Source of the DNA: Priapulus caudatus | Taxonomy: Eukaryota | NCBI RefSeq assembly: GCF_000485595.1 | Contig: NW_014577067.1 | Location: forward strand, 983,584 to 1,040,941 | Direction of reading: 5' to 3' | Length of the DNA stretch: 57,358 bases | Shown here: positions 36,977 through 49,700 of the stretch, piece by piece | Numbering within the stretch: the first letter of the stretch is position 1 | Layout of the letters: every line of letters begins with the position of its first letter | The notes under the pieces: model-generated | What the model was told of the DNA's origin: nothing | Databases searched by the model: none | The model's input: the letters and a program-made list of their open reading frames with translations, nothing else | Translations under genes and position numbers: made by a program

Positions 36977-37315
36977 GTGATTTAAAATGGAGCAAAAAAC
37001 GACGCATACAATAAACGCTCAAGCTCATTGGGACTGTTAAAATTATGTTAAACTCACCGGACCTTCATTTAAAATAGAGCGAAAAGCGTCACACATCATA
37101 AACGCTCATGCTATGTAAGCCTGTTAAAATTCTGTGACACTCGCTGGACCGTGATTTAAAATAGAGCGAAAAGCATCACAGATCATAAACGCTCACGCTA
37201 TTCGAGCTTGTGAAAATTCTGCTACACTTGCTGGACCGTGATTTACAACAGAGCAAAAATCATTGCATATAATAAACACTCACGCTCTTCGAGCCTGTTA
37301 AAATTCTGGTAAACT
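36977..37315 (+). repeat. Intronic tandem repeat, about 87-bp unit x4
   Basis: GTGATTTAAAATAGAGCGAAAAGC...ATAAACGCTCA...GTTAAAATTCTG...GGACC recurring at about 36977, 37064, 37151 and 37238. Confidence 0.85.
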
Positions 37316-38044
37316 CGTGAAATGTTATCCATTTTCGTTACAGTACCAGTACAAAAAAGGGGGAAATTTGGTATCGAGTTTTCTGCACAGCAAACGAAAA
37401 TGCCTCTTTCAACATGATTATAAAACAAATCATTAGATTTTAGCCAGGCAAGTTATACCAATCTATTCTAAAGCGGTGGTAGCTTAATAATACAGTTAGA
37501 ATTCATATCGGTAGTCAAACTCGAGACAAAAAATAGTTAAAAACCCGAGCCTAAAAATATGGGTGCTACAAGAAACTTGTGAATGCTGCTTCTATCATTG
37601 TACTCTGCTATTTTTAGGATTAGCTACTCAAGGGTAGTTAAATATGCTTTGTCTCCTCCACTGTTTGTACTAAGTTAAGTAAATTCGCATTGACTATACA
37701 ATGTAAATATAACCAACAGGATATGATGTATATGAATTTCACTAGCGCTAAAAGGTGCGGGGAAACCGAGTAAGTCAACTTGGTTTTTATGCAGGATAAA
37801 TGATGGGCGGCAATACAAGCAACTGCAATGTTTAACCGCTTTTTAGGTTGAATGCTGAATTTCACTCTACATATGACCACCTCTGTTTGAATGCCTGCAA
37901 CAGATCTATCAACAATTTGGTTTTTGCAATGTTGTAGCTGATATATGATCTATCGTTTGCTACGCGAATACTAAACTTACATTGCTGATGACAAATCTCA
38001 AATCTTACATTTCCTACTAGTCTGGATGGTCTACGGGGACACAG

Positions 38045-38682
38045 AACTACATGGTAGTTGGGGCTACATGGGTAGAACTACACACGTTACTGTCACGGAG
38101 TGAAGCTACACATGTTCCTGTCACGGAGTGAAGGGCTACATGGGTAGAACTACACACGTTACTGTCACGGATTGAAGCTACACATGTTCCTGTCACAGAG
38201 TGAAGGGCTACATGGGTAGAACTACACATGTTCCTGTCACGGAGTGAAGGGCTACATGGGTAGAACTACACATGTTCCTGTCACGGAGTGAAGCTACACA
38301 TGTTCCTGTCACGGAGTGAAGGGCTACATGGGTAGAACTACACATGTTCCTGTCACGGAGTGAAGGGCTACATGGGTAGAACTACACATGTTACTGTCAC
38401 GGAGTGAAGGGCTACACGGGTAGAACTACACATGTTCCTGTCACGGAGTGAAGGGCTACACGGGTAGANNNNNNNNNNNNNNNNNNNNNNNNNTCAACAA
38501 TTTGGTTTTTGCAATGTTGTAGCTGATATATGATCTATCGTTTGCTACGCGAATACTAAACTTACATTGCTGATGACAAATCTCAAATCTTACATTTCCT
38601 ACTAGTCTGGATGGTCTACGGGGACACAGAACTACATGGTAGTAAGGGCTACATGGGTAGAACTACACATGTTCCTGTCACA
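38045..38682 (+). repeat. Intronic minisatellite, about 44-bp unit (CTACATGGGTAGAACTACACATGTTCCTGTCACGGAGTGAAGGG), interrupted by a 25-N gap
   Basis: About 10 copies with shorter variant units; flank 37910-38060 is repeated after the gap at 38494-38680. Confidence 0.9.
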
Positions 38683-38692
38683 GAACACGCAC

Positions 38693-38799
38693 CTGCACTG
38701 TCTTCTTGATGCGTAGAGATGCGCCCGGATGTTCTGCGTTGTATAGCTCTGTCATGAAGAGGGAGTTGATGAGAGTAGACTTGCCGAGTCCAGACTCAC
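38693..38799 (-). CDS. SEPTIN7: Septin-7 exon with P-loop/G1 motif ([36 protein letters not shown])
   Basis: Acceptor ttgtcatctgcag, donor gtgcgt; 107 nt, phase 1-0; GxxxxGKS. Needs an upstream phase-1 exon that was not found. Confidence 0.97.
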
Positions 38800-38884
38800 C
38801 TGCAGATGACAAGAGGGAGCACATCGTTAGTGTTAGTGTCTCGCTAACGTGGCAGCGCAAGGTGTGGCAACAATGTTGACAGAG

Positions 38885-39075
38885 ATGATGGTGACGATGC
38901 TGCTGCTTGTGATGTTAATGCTGGTAGTAGTGCTGCTGCTGCTGCTGATGATAATGATGTGATGATGACGATGATGATGATGACGCTGTGGATGATGATG
39001 ATGGCTCTGATGACGACGATGATGGCACTGATGACAACGATGATGACAATGCGGTCGATGACAGCAATTATGATG
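38885..39075. repeat. Degenerate (GAT)n/(GCT)n trinucleotide repeat
   Basis: GATGATGAC runs. Confidence 0.85.
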
Positions 39076-40317
39076 GCTATTCACAGGTATGACGGGGATG
39101 AAGTAACTCGTGACTCATCCGGGGATGGCCTGACTATTCCCATCACGCTTCATACTAACGTAGTGATTACCAAGAACAGGCCATGGTCGACAAATATAAT
39201 ACGCCCATGAATATTGCATGAGCAATGAATAAGCAGCGTGTACACACACACAACCTTATCTAATGTTTGGAAAAGTATTATAACACACCACACTCTCAAG
39301 AAAGCTCGTGACGAATTCGCACTAGCATAGACAAATAAGGCAGAACTTTGTTGGGATGTCTGTTATTACTTTTTAATTACTTTTTATTACCAAATTCCAA
39401 TTTCGGAACTGGCATTCCAGCGCAACAGTGCAATAAACCAAAAACACGTCACTCGTTGTAGTCCCATGGATTGTTTATTGTACAAAGAACGTCACGAATC
39501 CCGTAGTAATTAACAACACAATGGAATGCTGACGGCCGCACACATCTGTGGCAATACACACGGCTTACACACGCGATGGGGGCATTACGAAAATGGGCCG
39601 TCAATGTAATACCACGTATACAATTGTCGTGGTCAGTAATTATCTTCCCACACTAAGCTATTAATAGAATTTGAGGTGACGCGGTAATTGGCTACGTCAT
39701 AAAAATGCTTTACGGGACACGAAATGCGTTTTTATGACAACCTGTAAAAGTATTCCACTTGTGTGGCCCGCAGACATTTGTAGATACCACAGACGTGTTC
39801 ATCCTTGAACATGCATGCAGCCAACGTACATACAGGTGATGCCTAGTAGGATGAATAACGCAAAACTCGGACAGAAACGCAGCAACATTGGCTCGATGCA
39901 ACTGCGCATTCACAAGTTTGTGGATACTGTTGGCAGGGATGGATCTGCGTTTACACTGGCCTTCGACAAGCGCTCAAGGTTTTTGTCGTGTTTTTGCTAA
40001 AAGGCAAAGCGTGCCTAGGAGAACATGATTGGTCCTTAAAACGAGATTTTACACCACCGGCGTAGTAACGGTATATAAATGCCTCAGCTGTTATTATAAA
40101 AAGCATATTAGTGGGTTCACTTAAAATCTCCAATATTTATTATAGACTTCCAATTACTGGCAGAATTCTATTTATTATGGTCTTTACAGAAAGCTGCAAT
40201 GTTCAAGCGATTCATTTCAGACCACACCAGTTTCCTACACAAGTGCCATCAATTCCACACGTTGATAAGTTAACGGGTTGACAATTCCCCCTTTGCCCAA
40301 GTGTGTATAGGAGTTAT

Positions 40318-40357
40318 CAAGTCCATAATAGAAAATGTTTTCTATTATGGACTCTTG
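40318..40357. mobile_element. 40-bp hairpin insertion (nano-MITE) with 7-bp TSD GAGTTAT
   Basis: CAAGTCCATAATAGAAAA..TTTTCTATTATGGACTCTTG flanked by GAGTTAT at 40311-40317 and 40358-40364. Confidence 0.75.
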
Positions 40358-40521
40358 GAGTTATGAATCCTCTGCAAGTATTCTTCCCTTTTGTAGATAT
40401 GAGGCTAAGAATAGGTTGTTACAGCATGAAGAGTACATGTTAAAGCTCTCTCCGTAGACTCACCGTGATAGGCCAGCAGGAGTGAATAAATACAAATAGG
40501 TCTTTTTATTCACTCCCCATA

Positions 40522-40535
40522 CCACCAGGGGGCGC
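40522..40535 (+). promoter_or_regulatory. Consensus CTCF-like motif CCACCAGGGGGCGC
   Basis: Exact match to the commonly cited CTCF core; a second related motif, ACAGATGGCGCTC, lies at about 40566-40578. Confidence 0.4.
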
Positions 40536-42111
40536 AACTAGTGCTTCTCTGCACCAAACTCCACGACAGATGGCGCTCTCGCTCTGGCTCAATTCTACTA
40601 TTATTATCCTGAGTGAGCGAAGGGGCATTGCATGCAGTTTGGCTCTGCACAAGTGACAGCCACGAAAAAGAAACCCGCCGGTGAAAAAAAAAAATCCGCA
40701 AGCGTGTTTTAAAATGACCCTCTCTCAAATAAATTAACAGATCACATATTTGCAACAGAAATAAAGAGATTAAAAACCAGCTTATGAAACAGACAGGGAG
40801 CTGAGGTATTTAGCCCGTCAGGGGGCTAACTAGCTCTAGAACTATAGCCATTCGCGCCGCCACAGGCGTGTGCCACAGGCTATAGTTCTACAGCGGTGCA
40901 CTGCAAATGCAAGCGAACTTTTTGCGTCGCGAGATGAGCGCGGGGACAACGCGGCGATTTTCGGAAAACAATGTGCGATTGGAACATTGCCAGGTACACG
41001 CAGGTTCGTGGAACGCCCCAGTTGGGCGCTTTTTTCTCTTCTAAATACAGTCTTCAAAACTGCCTTCCACGCCTAACCCGGCACTTCCAACAATGCCTGC
41101 TCTATTCGAACAAGTTTCGAACTGGGTTACTGCTGCCAGTGCCATAGCCAAATATGACTTCCTGCAGGTTGGAGGGAGTAAGTACCCGAAAATGAAGGTA
41201 TTACAGTCAATACCGCGCCGTGCCGGTGTAGCATGTTGCCCCCCCCCCCAGTGACAAACTTCTCCACTCCTATACATCGCGCATGGGCAATAAAGGTGAA
41301 CTCCCCATATGCCTATCCGCAGTGTATGCGGGGAGGGGTGGTTTGTAACAGGGGGATGTACACCATGATACAGAGCCGCCTCATCGCAGCTAAGGATTAA
41401 GGCATTCCTCTCTCGTTTGTGAGCAATTGCTGACACCATTGTTTCCCTCTAACAAGCCCGGATTAGACCGACTTAACTTGAACCTTCCTTTACTCACAAT
41501 ATTAGAGACAGTCAGCGGGCCAAAGTTAACCAGCGCGAAACAGGTTAGAGAGGCAGTCCGCTCTGCAGTGATTGCGATGTTGACGTGCAGGTGACCTCAT
41601 GATTTGGAGACTCATGATTAGCCGTGTCTCAGACGACGGCCCACTAACTCGAACACAAGTGACTTACTGGTGTGCGTGCGTGTGTGTGTGTGTGTGTGTC
41701 GTGCGTGCGTGCGTGCGTGTGTGTGCTTGTCTGCCTGTCTGCGTGTGTGCGCGCGAATGTGTGCGTTTAGAGAGCGCATGTGCGTGTGTGTGAGTGGGTA
41801 GGTGGTGGGTGTGTGTGCCGTACGTGCGTGCGCGTGCGCTGCATGGTATTTGCCTGCGTGTCTGCGTGTGTGTGCTGTATAGAAATGCCTTCGTGTGTAG
41901 CATAAAAGTGACAGGTTAATGCATACAGTGACAGCACAAACAGCGGTTCGACACACTGAGGAACAACTGTGCTAAAACAACGTTAACCGTACTGGAACAG
42001 CAGCCAAGATGCCACAGCGGTCGCATTTCTTGACACGGTGATTGTGAGAGAAACTGGAGCAGGTGAAACATGCACCTATGCTCGTGCTAATTAACCCATC
42101 TCCTCTCTCAG

Positions 42112-42153
<42 letters not shown>

Positions 42154-42614
42154 GCCGCGCTCTTTCTTTTCTCTCCCTCTCTTGTCGCTCTCTCGCGCGC
42201 TCTCTTCCCCCGGCCGTTGTATAACACACTATATCCATCCATCTATCACACCTTAGTCCTACTCTCTGCCCACCTACTCGCTACGGTCCTTCCCCTCTTT
42301 ATATTCCCGTTCTCCCTCTCTCCCTGTCACACCTCTAACTCATTTGGCCTTCCTGTTCCCGTCCCCAAAACAAAACGACACCATCACTATGCTGGGACAA
42401 ATGGTTATTGACTTATTTACCAAAGGCTGGGGATATAATAGCAGGCAAATAGATATCAAGAGTACATAGTAGAGATGTACTCTTATTATAGAGATGTACT
42501 AGATGTAGATCTATTATGTACTTTTGATGATATATCAGTTTCAATATCAACAACGACGTGGTCCTTTATTTTCTAAAATGCTCAACTCGCTTCAACGACT
42601 AACGCTCCTATGGG

Positions 42615-43446
42615 NNNNNNNNNNNNNNNNNNNNNNNNNNNNNNNNNNNNNNNNNNNNNNNNNNNNNNNNNNNNNNNNNNNNNNNNNNNNNNNNNNNNNN
42701 NNNNNNNNNNNNNNNNNNNNNNNNNNNNNNNNNNNNNNNNNNNNNNNNNNNNNNNNNNNNNNNNNNNNNNNNNNNNNNNNNNNNNNNNNNNNNNNNNNNN
42801 NNNNNNNNNNNNNNNNNNNNNNNNNNNNNNNNNNNNNNNNNNNNNNNNNNNNNNNNNNNNNNNNNNNNNNNNNNNNNNNNNNNNNNNNNNNNNNNNNNNN
42901 NNNNNNNNNNNNNNNNNNNNNNNNNNNNNNNNNNNNNNNNNNNNNNNNNNNNNNNNNNNNNNNNNNNNNNNNNNNNNNNNNNNNNNNNNNNNNNNNNNNN
43001 NNNNNNNNNNNNNNNNNNNNNNNNNNNNNNNNNNNNNNNNNNNNNNNNNNNNNNNNNNNNNNNNNNNNNNNNNNNNNNNNNNNNNNNNNNNNNNNNNNNN
43101 NNNNNNNNNNNNNNNNNNNNNNNNNNNNNNNNNNNNNNNNNNNNNNNNNNNNNNNNNNNNNNNNNNNNNNNNNNNNNNNNNNNNNNNNNNNNNNNNNNNN
43201 NNNNNNNNNNNNNNNNNNNNNNNNNNNNNNNNNNNNNNNNNNNNNNNNNNNNNNNNNNNNNNNNNNNNNNNNNNNNNNNNNNNNNNNNNNNNNNNNNNNN
43301 NNNNNNNNNNNNNNNNNNNNNNNNNNNNNNNNNNNNNNNNNNNNNNNNNNNNNNNNNNNNNNNNNNNNNNNNNNNNNNNNNNNNNNNNNNNNNNNNNNNN
43401 NNNNNNNNNNNNNNNNNNNNNNNNNNNNNNNNNNNNNNNNNNNNNT
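42615..43446. other. Assembly gap flanked by a duplicated ~460-bp segment
   Basis: Run of N; 42140-42603 is nearly identical to 43610-44070. Confidence 0.95.
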
Positions 43447-43508
43447 TACGTACGTAGTACGTAGTAGTAGTAACGTAACGTACGTACGTACGTACGTACG
43501 TACGTACG

Positions 43509-43549
<41 letters not shown>

Positions 43550-43553
43550 TCTA

Positions 43554-43627
<74 letters not shown>

Positions 43628-43924
43628 CGCTCTTTCTTTTTCTCTCCCTCTCTTTGTCGCTCTCTCGCGCGCTCTCTTCCCCCTTGTATACACACTATAT
43701 CCATCCATCTATCACACCTTAGTCCTACTCTCTGCCCACCTACTCGCTACGTCCTTCCCCTCTTTATATTCCCGTTCTCCCCCTCTCCCTGTCACACCTC
43801 TAACTCATTTGGCCTTCCTGTTCCCGTCCCCAAAACAAGACGGACACCATCACTATATGCTGGGACAAATGGTTATTAACTTATTTACCAAAGGCTGGGG
43901 ATATAATAGCAGGCTATATGATAT

Positions 43925-43994
43925 CAAGAGTACATAGTAGAGATGTACTCTTATTATAGAGATGTACTAGATGTAGATCTATTATGTACTTTTG
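43925..43994. mobile_element. 70-bp nano-MITE with 7-bp TSD ATGATAT (second, probably artefactual, copy at 42457-42526)
   Basis: CAAGAGTACATAG...CTATTATGTACTTTTG flanked by ATGATAT at 43918-43924 and 43995-44001. Confidence 0.7.
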
Positions 43995-44077
43995 ATGATA
44001 TATCAGTTTCAATATCAACAACGACGTGGTCCTTTATTTGCTAAATGCTCAACTCGCTTCAACGACTAACGTACTAT

Positions 44078-44140
44078 CAAGGGTTAATAATGGCAAATTT
44101 GACAAATAATGACAAATTTGTCATTAATTATTAACCCCTG
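44078..44140. mobile_element. 63-bp nano-MITE with 7-bp TSD GTACTAT
   Basis: CAAGGGTTAATAAT...ATTATTAACCCCTG flanked by GTACTAT at 44071-44077 and 44141-44147. Confidence 0.8.
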
Positions 44141-44948
44141 GTACTATGTACAACGATGTATACGGCGAACGGCGAACACATTCACGTATCGGTTACTTAC
44201 TCCTGGCCGACGTGATCAGCGTTTCACTCCTCTCTCTGCTACCCTCGCTCGCTGCATACATGTTTACATTCTGGCTTCAGACGCCACATGTGGTCTAAAT
44301 TGGACGGTTCCCCCTAATTCTAAAGCAATTCGCAAGGGGGTCCTGTGAAGCCTGCTTCTGCCTTCATTGCTACCACGTGCAGCTTATATTACGCATGTCC
44401 AGCGGCGCATTTGAGAGCAAACACCTGGTCGACCCATGCCAGTTTATTTATTTCTTGTATTTCCACACTCATGCAAGCCATTTGCGCTAATAACGCATAA
44501 ATAACGCATAACTACCGCTCACGTGCACGCGGCTGCGTGGCGAAACGCACATGCGACATCATACAAACTGTCACTAGCGTAGAGGCCCACATCAGACCTT
44601 AATTATTCAGAGATTCGTTAATGACGTCACATTCTCCGTAGTAGAAAGACGCTCGTTTTCCCCCGCGTAAGAACAACGGTTCTCAAACCCCCGGGTCGAA
44701 ACATTCCATGTTATATAGTTGAACCTAATCGATAGTTCTCCACGCGAATCAATTAAATTTCCGAATGAATCATGGTAGTCTAAGACGAAAATGAATATAT
44801 GACCCGTTGATCTAAACAAAATTACACGGTGACGACATATTGCACAAAAGTAGACTTACAAATAGGAGGGGAGCTAAGACTAACGCAGTTATATATGGCA
44901 TGTATTAGCGTGTGAGTAGTTAAGATGCTGGCAGAAGCAGCTGTACGC

Positions 44949-45198
44949 CACAGGCACTTAGAGCGTATCAATAAAATATAATGCCAAATAAATACGAAAT
45001 CTATTTGCTACCAAAGTCTTAATGTTTCTATACTCTCTTTCACCTATTATTGCCGACAATTTCCTGTAAATGCCGTCTAAATGCTCATGTGCACAAACGC
45101 TGGCGGCCGCCATTGCTCACGCTGCTGCACACTGACACTTAAATATATTTCGTATTTATTTAGCATTCTATTTTATTGAAACGCTCCAAGTGCCTGTG
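44949..45198. mobile_element. 250-bp MITE with CA..TG ends and 8-bp TSD (P- or hAT-like)
   Basis: CTGTACGC|CACAGGCACTTAGAGCGTATCAATAAAAT...ATTTTATTGAAACGCTCCAAGTGCCTGTG|CTGTACGC; about 55-bp TIR. Confidence 0.85.
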
Positions 45199-46613
45199 CT
45201 GTACGCGATGACACTTGCCCCCTAAGCGTGTTAATCCTCTTCTGCATAGGTTCCTTCAGCAGGCCGCACGTGACATGACTGCTATCAGATGACCAGCTAT
45301 ATGGTTTTACAACACCCGCTATCGTCTCCTTACTGCGAGGACACGAAGAAGGAGGGGGAGAGGGGTGGAACAGATAAGCTTCTGCATTGTTTTATTACAG
45401 CTCGACCTCTCAAAGGTTAATAGCATATAAGAGTCATATAAGGTCACTCTGTACACCCGCTACTTGTCTGTTACCGAAGACATACACACTACATAGCGTA
45501 CATTCAACATGTAGTCTATTCATGCTGTCACGGGTCGATAATCCCGATGTAACATATAAATGAAGGTTTTAAATATTCTCATATGTGTGCGATGTGTTCG
45601 CATCTCTGTGATATAACATATTCTCATCGTATATCCTGACTTGCGCTGCGCTCTATAAAATCTGCGGACTTTCGACATCTTTAATTTTTGCACGCGCGAC
45701 CGCCGCGCACGAAATTCCACAAATTCCGTTTCGGACACGAATTTGTAATTCGCGGTAGTCGAGAGGGGTCATCATATGCGAGCTACCCGTGACGCCCTCT
45801 GGCGACGCCACTTAGCTCGGGGTCAGCACCTATGGTCAGCACCGCCTTCACGGAAGATTAGACGGACACCGTACGTCGTTTAGACTCAACCGCAGGGGCT
45901 GATTCTCGTACAGGATCTCAGACACAGGCACGTCCAGAGGCAGTCTAATGGAACATCTGACATTTAGGAAATCGAATCTGTTGACTTCGCAACCTTTTGC
46001 GAAATATCCGCACAGCTATTTTCGACGTAAAGGGGCGGAATCTATATAAATTTACTACTCGAGGCATAAGCCAAGTCTCTCGCTACCTCACCCAAAATAC
46101 GGATCTGAGCGGACAATAGACGGGTACCATACGTCTTCTCTTCCTAAATAGATAAACGACGTGAAAAAACAAGATGCCCGTCTACGACAGCAGGAGGTAC
46201 GGTAGTGAAATTCCATACGTCGCTAAGGTACTCTTCAGTCATAGGCGCGGTCGGTCACACAGCTAGCTAGGACGTGAAGGCTGTCATCAACTGTAGATAG
46301 ACGTTAGTTAGCCATCCCCTGATACCGTTAACCCTACGCTGTCACACGCAGAGAGAAGCCATTCTTGTCTAGCGAGGAGATCAGCAAGGCTTCAGGCTGT
46401 ACGAACACATGTCTCTGCATGTTTATCAACAGGGGGCGCCGTTACCGCCTTCGAGTAGCGAAACACACACACATACACACACACGCACACGCGCACGCAC
46501 GCGCACACACACACACACACTCTCTCGCTCTCTCTCTCTCTCCATCACACACAGTCCCCTCCCCCACCACCACACACACACACACACACACACACGCACG
46601 CACNNNNNNNNNN

Positions 46614-46648
<35 letters not shown>

Positions 46649-47064
46649 GAGGGGGAGGACAAGACCCCATCCCGGATTCTATCTAGTACCACTCGACCGA
46701 CTCCGTGAAGGAATACATTAGCTGGCGATCAGAAGTGGATCATAGAAACGTATTCGTTTATTATCTCACTCCTTGTCATGCTCATTACGGCGGCTGATCT
46801 GCAAGGCAACTGAATCGATGATGACCGGGCGAAAGTCGAACGATAAGCAATCTCTGCAAATGCAACGCTCGAGGACCACTTATAGCAAGATCATGCGGTT
46901 CATTTTCCCAAGGTTCTTCCACAAATGAAGAGCAATGATCGGATGACACTTACATTAATGCTAACGCTGGGCGAGTGTTTAAGAGTTGGACTGTGGGACA
47001 GTGATTGTAGGGGGGCGACGGTAAGTAGCATAGCAGGCATTGTGGGTGGGGTGATCTGTCTACA

Positions 47065-47138
47065 TTTCTGTCCGTCCGTCCGTCCGTCCGTCTGTCTGTC
47101 TGCCTGTGTGTCTGTCTGTCTGTCTGTCTCTGTGTGTG

Positions 47139-47179
<41 letters not shown>

Positions 47180-47195
47180 GACTGTCTGTATCTGT
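47065..47195. repeat. (TCTG)n/(TCCG)n microsatellite
   Basis: Tetramer runs. Confidence 0.9.
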
Positions 47196-47712
47196 CTATT
47201 CGTTTGTTCATATGTCCGTATGTTTTGTCGGTCTGTCGTCTATCAGTCCCGGTGTGTAGATCGGTTAGGGTTCTCATTCTATTTAGCTATCTACTATACG
47301 AGTCTAGCCATCCGTCTGCATGTCTGCCCGCCCACCTGTCTGTCTATTTAGACGCAATTATAAGATAAATAGATAGTATATCACGTAGTCAGCATGATTG
47401 CATTAATTGCCTGAGAAAGCAATTGTTTATTAAGTTGCATTCTTCCGATTATCTTTCACTCAGTGTACAAAATGAACTACAGTGAAATAATAAGCCCTTC
47501 ATTAGTGAGGCGACTTAGTGAGTTATTCTTCGCACATTATCCGTACATTATCCGTGATAATATCCGATTAAACCCCATTCATCGCGTTCTTAATCAAAAC
47601 CCTATAGGTGTTTGAAGTAGCCGAGTAAGCCAACACACGCCCGTACATCGCCTAGCCTAGCCTAGCTGGAGTAAGCTGCATACGTCAACAGACACAGCCC
47701 CGGGGTCTTTAA

Positions 47713-47990
47713 AGTGATTACGTCACGAATTTCTAGCACCATCCAGATGAGACGGGATACTAGAGAAGCGTTGCCGAAAGGAGATGTTAATCCGAAGCGC
47801 TTAACGCGCAGATCTTCGCGCACTACGTTGTGAGCCGCGCAAGGCGGGCAACGCGCACCGGGGGAACGGCCTACGACATATGCAGCGCTGCAGCTAATGG
47901 ATCCGTGCGCCGAAGACTGAATTGCCGCGCACGAATCCATAGCTGCCGAGCAAAACATTCCGAAATTTTAGTGGGGAAAATACAGAGGGT
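47713..47990 (+). mobile_element. Truncated copy of the Kolobok-like left end seen at 6251-6690
   Basis: TTAA|AGTGATTACGTCACGAATTTCTAGCACCATCCAGATGAGACGGGATACTAGAGAAGCGTTGCCGAAAGG... matches 6251-6281 plus 6468-6690. No right end found. Confidence 0.75.
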
Positions 47991-49504
47991 AGACATTTGG
48001 GGACCGAACGAGTGTTCACTTTGTATAAAAACATAATTTCTCTCTCGCTAAGCCGAGCTGTGTGATCGAAATCACAGAAAGACTGACCGAAATTCTCCGC
48101 GTTCGCGAACCTTGCCCAGTCATGGAAAGGGCTGCAAGGACAAAATGGCTATATACGACTGGGACTCGCTCCCACTCGATTACCGCATCGAAGTGACAAC
48201 GCTAAGCCGAAGAACACGTACAATACATTACACAAACGCGCACGAAACAGCAGTACAATTCGCCAATACATCGTATTATAATGTTGGGACTGCTAGCTAT
48301 AGGCAGTAAAATTAACCTATATATAAATAAATTGAACATTTCAGCCTCATTGCAGGTTTATTCATTTCTGTATTAGCATCGAGCCATATGAATTACTTGT
48401 AATAGTGGGTTTAACTTAGGTCGCCAGTACACTACTATGTATTTACCTTAGGCTATATCAGTCTATGGATCAGTAATATCAGCAAAGTGCCGTACACTAC
48501 AACTACGTGCAAGTACAACTTCCACGTCACATGAATTGCTAGTACTCGCTAGAATGAACCCGACAAGAGACTGTACATATCGAGTGTATACTGTGCAACG
48601 TCTGCACTGCAAGATCAAGGCCTGCACTGCAAGATCAAGATTCGACATAGCTCCAAGAACTGCGTATTGCTAGGGTTAGAATACTAGGTGATTGACGTTA
48701 GGTCCACAACAGCCTGTCGGTTAAATTCGAGCATATAACACGGTCTAGACCGACCACCGCCGTAGTAAACAAATTTACAATCTGCATTGCGTACGCTTGT
48801 TACATACTTATTTTATAGTCGTGTAGTCGCCATAAAACAAACATTCGACTTTGCCTTTAATTAATGACCTTCCGATGGAAAAATGCCAGTTGCGCTCGTC
48901 ATTATTTAACGAAATAACGACGAACAATAAGAAACTCCATGGTTATAAGCATAGGACGCAAGACGCCAAGCTATTCAATCCATGTGCATATAGACTGGTA
49001 CCGCCGGTTTGCACAGTTCACACTCAGCAGGACGTGAGTGTAGCGATATGCGGAGTAAAGGGTGGCGAACCCGGTACAGTCCTACTAGCCTATAATCCGG
49101 CGTTCGTTGCGCCGTCTATCGCACGCCCATAATGTACTACACTCACAACACAAAACAAACAAAGAAGAAAGTGCAAATTCGTTTTTTACAGCAAGAACGA
49201 GCGTGCCGAGTCGCAAAACAACTAATACGAGCAGTTTCCAGCAAATCTCAAGCTAATGGTAGCTGAAATCGGTCGTCAATCGCAGAAACCACTGCTCACT
49301 CAGCGAACTTGCTCCGCTGTGCCTCTCATATAGTACCCGTTGAAGGTGATGGAATGGGAGCAGCGGAAATCGGTTAGAAAGCCGCCAGGGCGGCGTTGCA
49401 GCGCATTAGGCGATGATCCGGCTGCAGACTGCAAGTAGTATCATTTGTGTGGTATATTATGTAACCTACAACCTACAACCTACTAACCGTACAACTCAAA
49501 ACAC

Positions 49505-49700
49505 CAAACAGCACGCACACAGCACCTGCACACACGCACACACACTCACACACACACACACGCACACTACACACACACAGGCACACACACACACATCACA
49601 GAGACATCAGCACACCACACACCACACACAACACACCACGACACACACACGGGCGCACACACACACACAGGCGTGTCGCACACACAGCAACAGGCACAGC
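49505..49700. repeat. Degenerate (CA)n microsatellite
   Basis: CA run. Confidence 0.9.

Noticed and set aside
40464..40520. Possible missing septin exon ending ...LLLAYHG|gtgagt in phase 1
   Set aside because: In-frame TGA just upstream, no ATG or good acceptor, no septin similarity, and it overlaps a hairpin repeat.
42140..44070. Apparent 460-bp direct repeat resembling paired LTRs around the gap
   Set aside because: No TG..CA ends, PBS or TSD. The near-identical copies lie on either side of an N gap, which indicates assembly overlap.
49300..49428. AG/GT-bounded 129-nt minus-strand segment
   Set aside because: Stops occur in all three frames (the last codon in the longest one) and the peptide is unrecognisable; at best a UTR exon.
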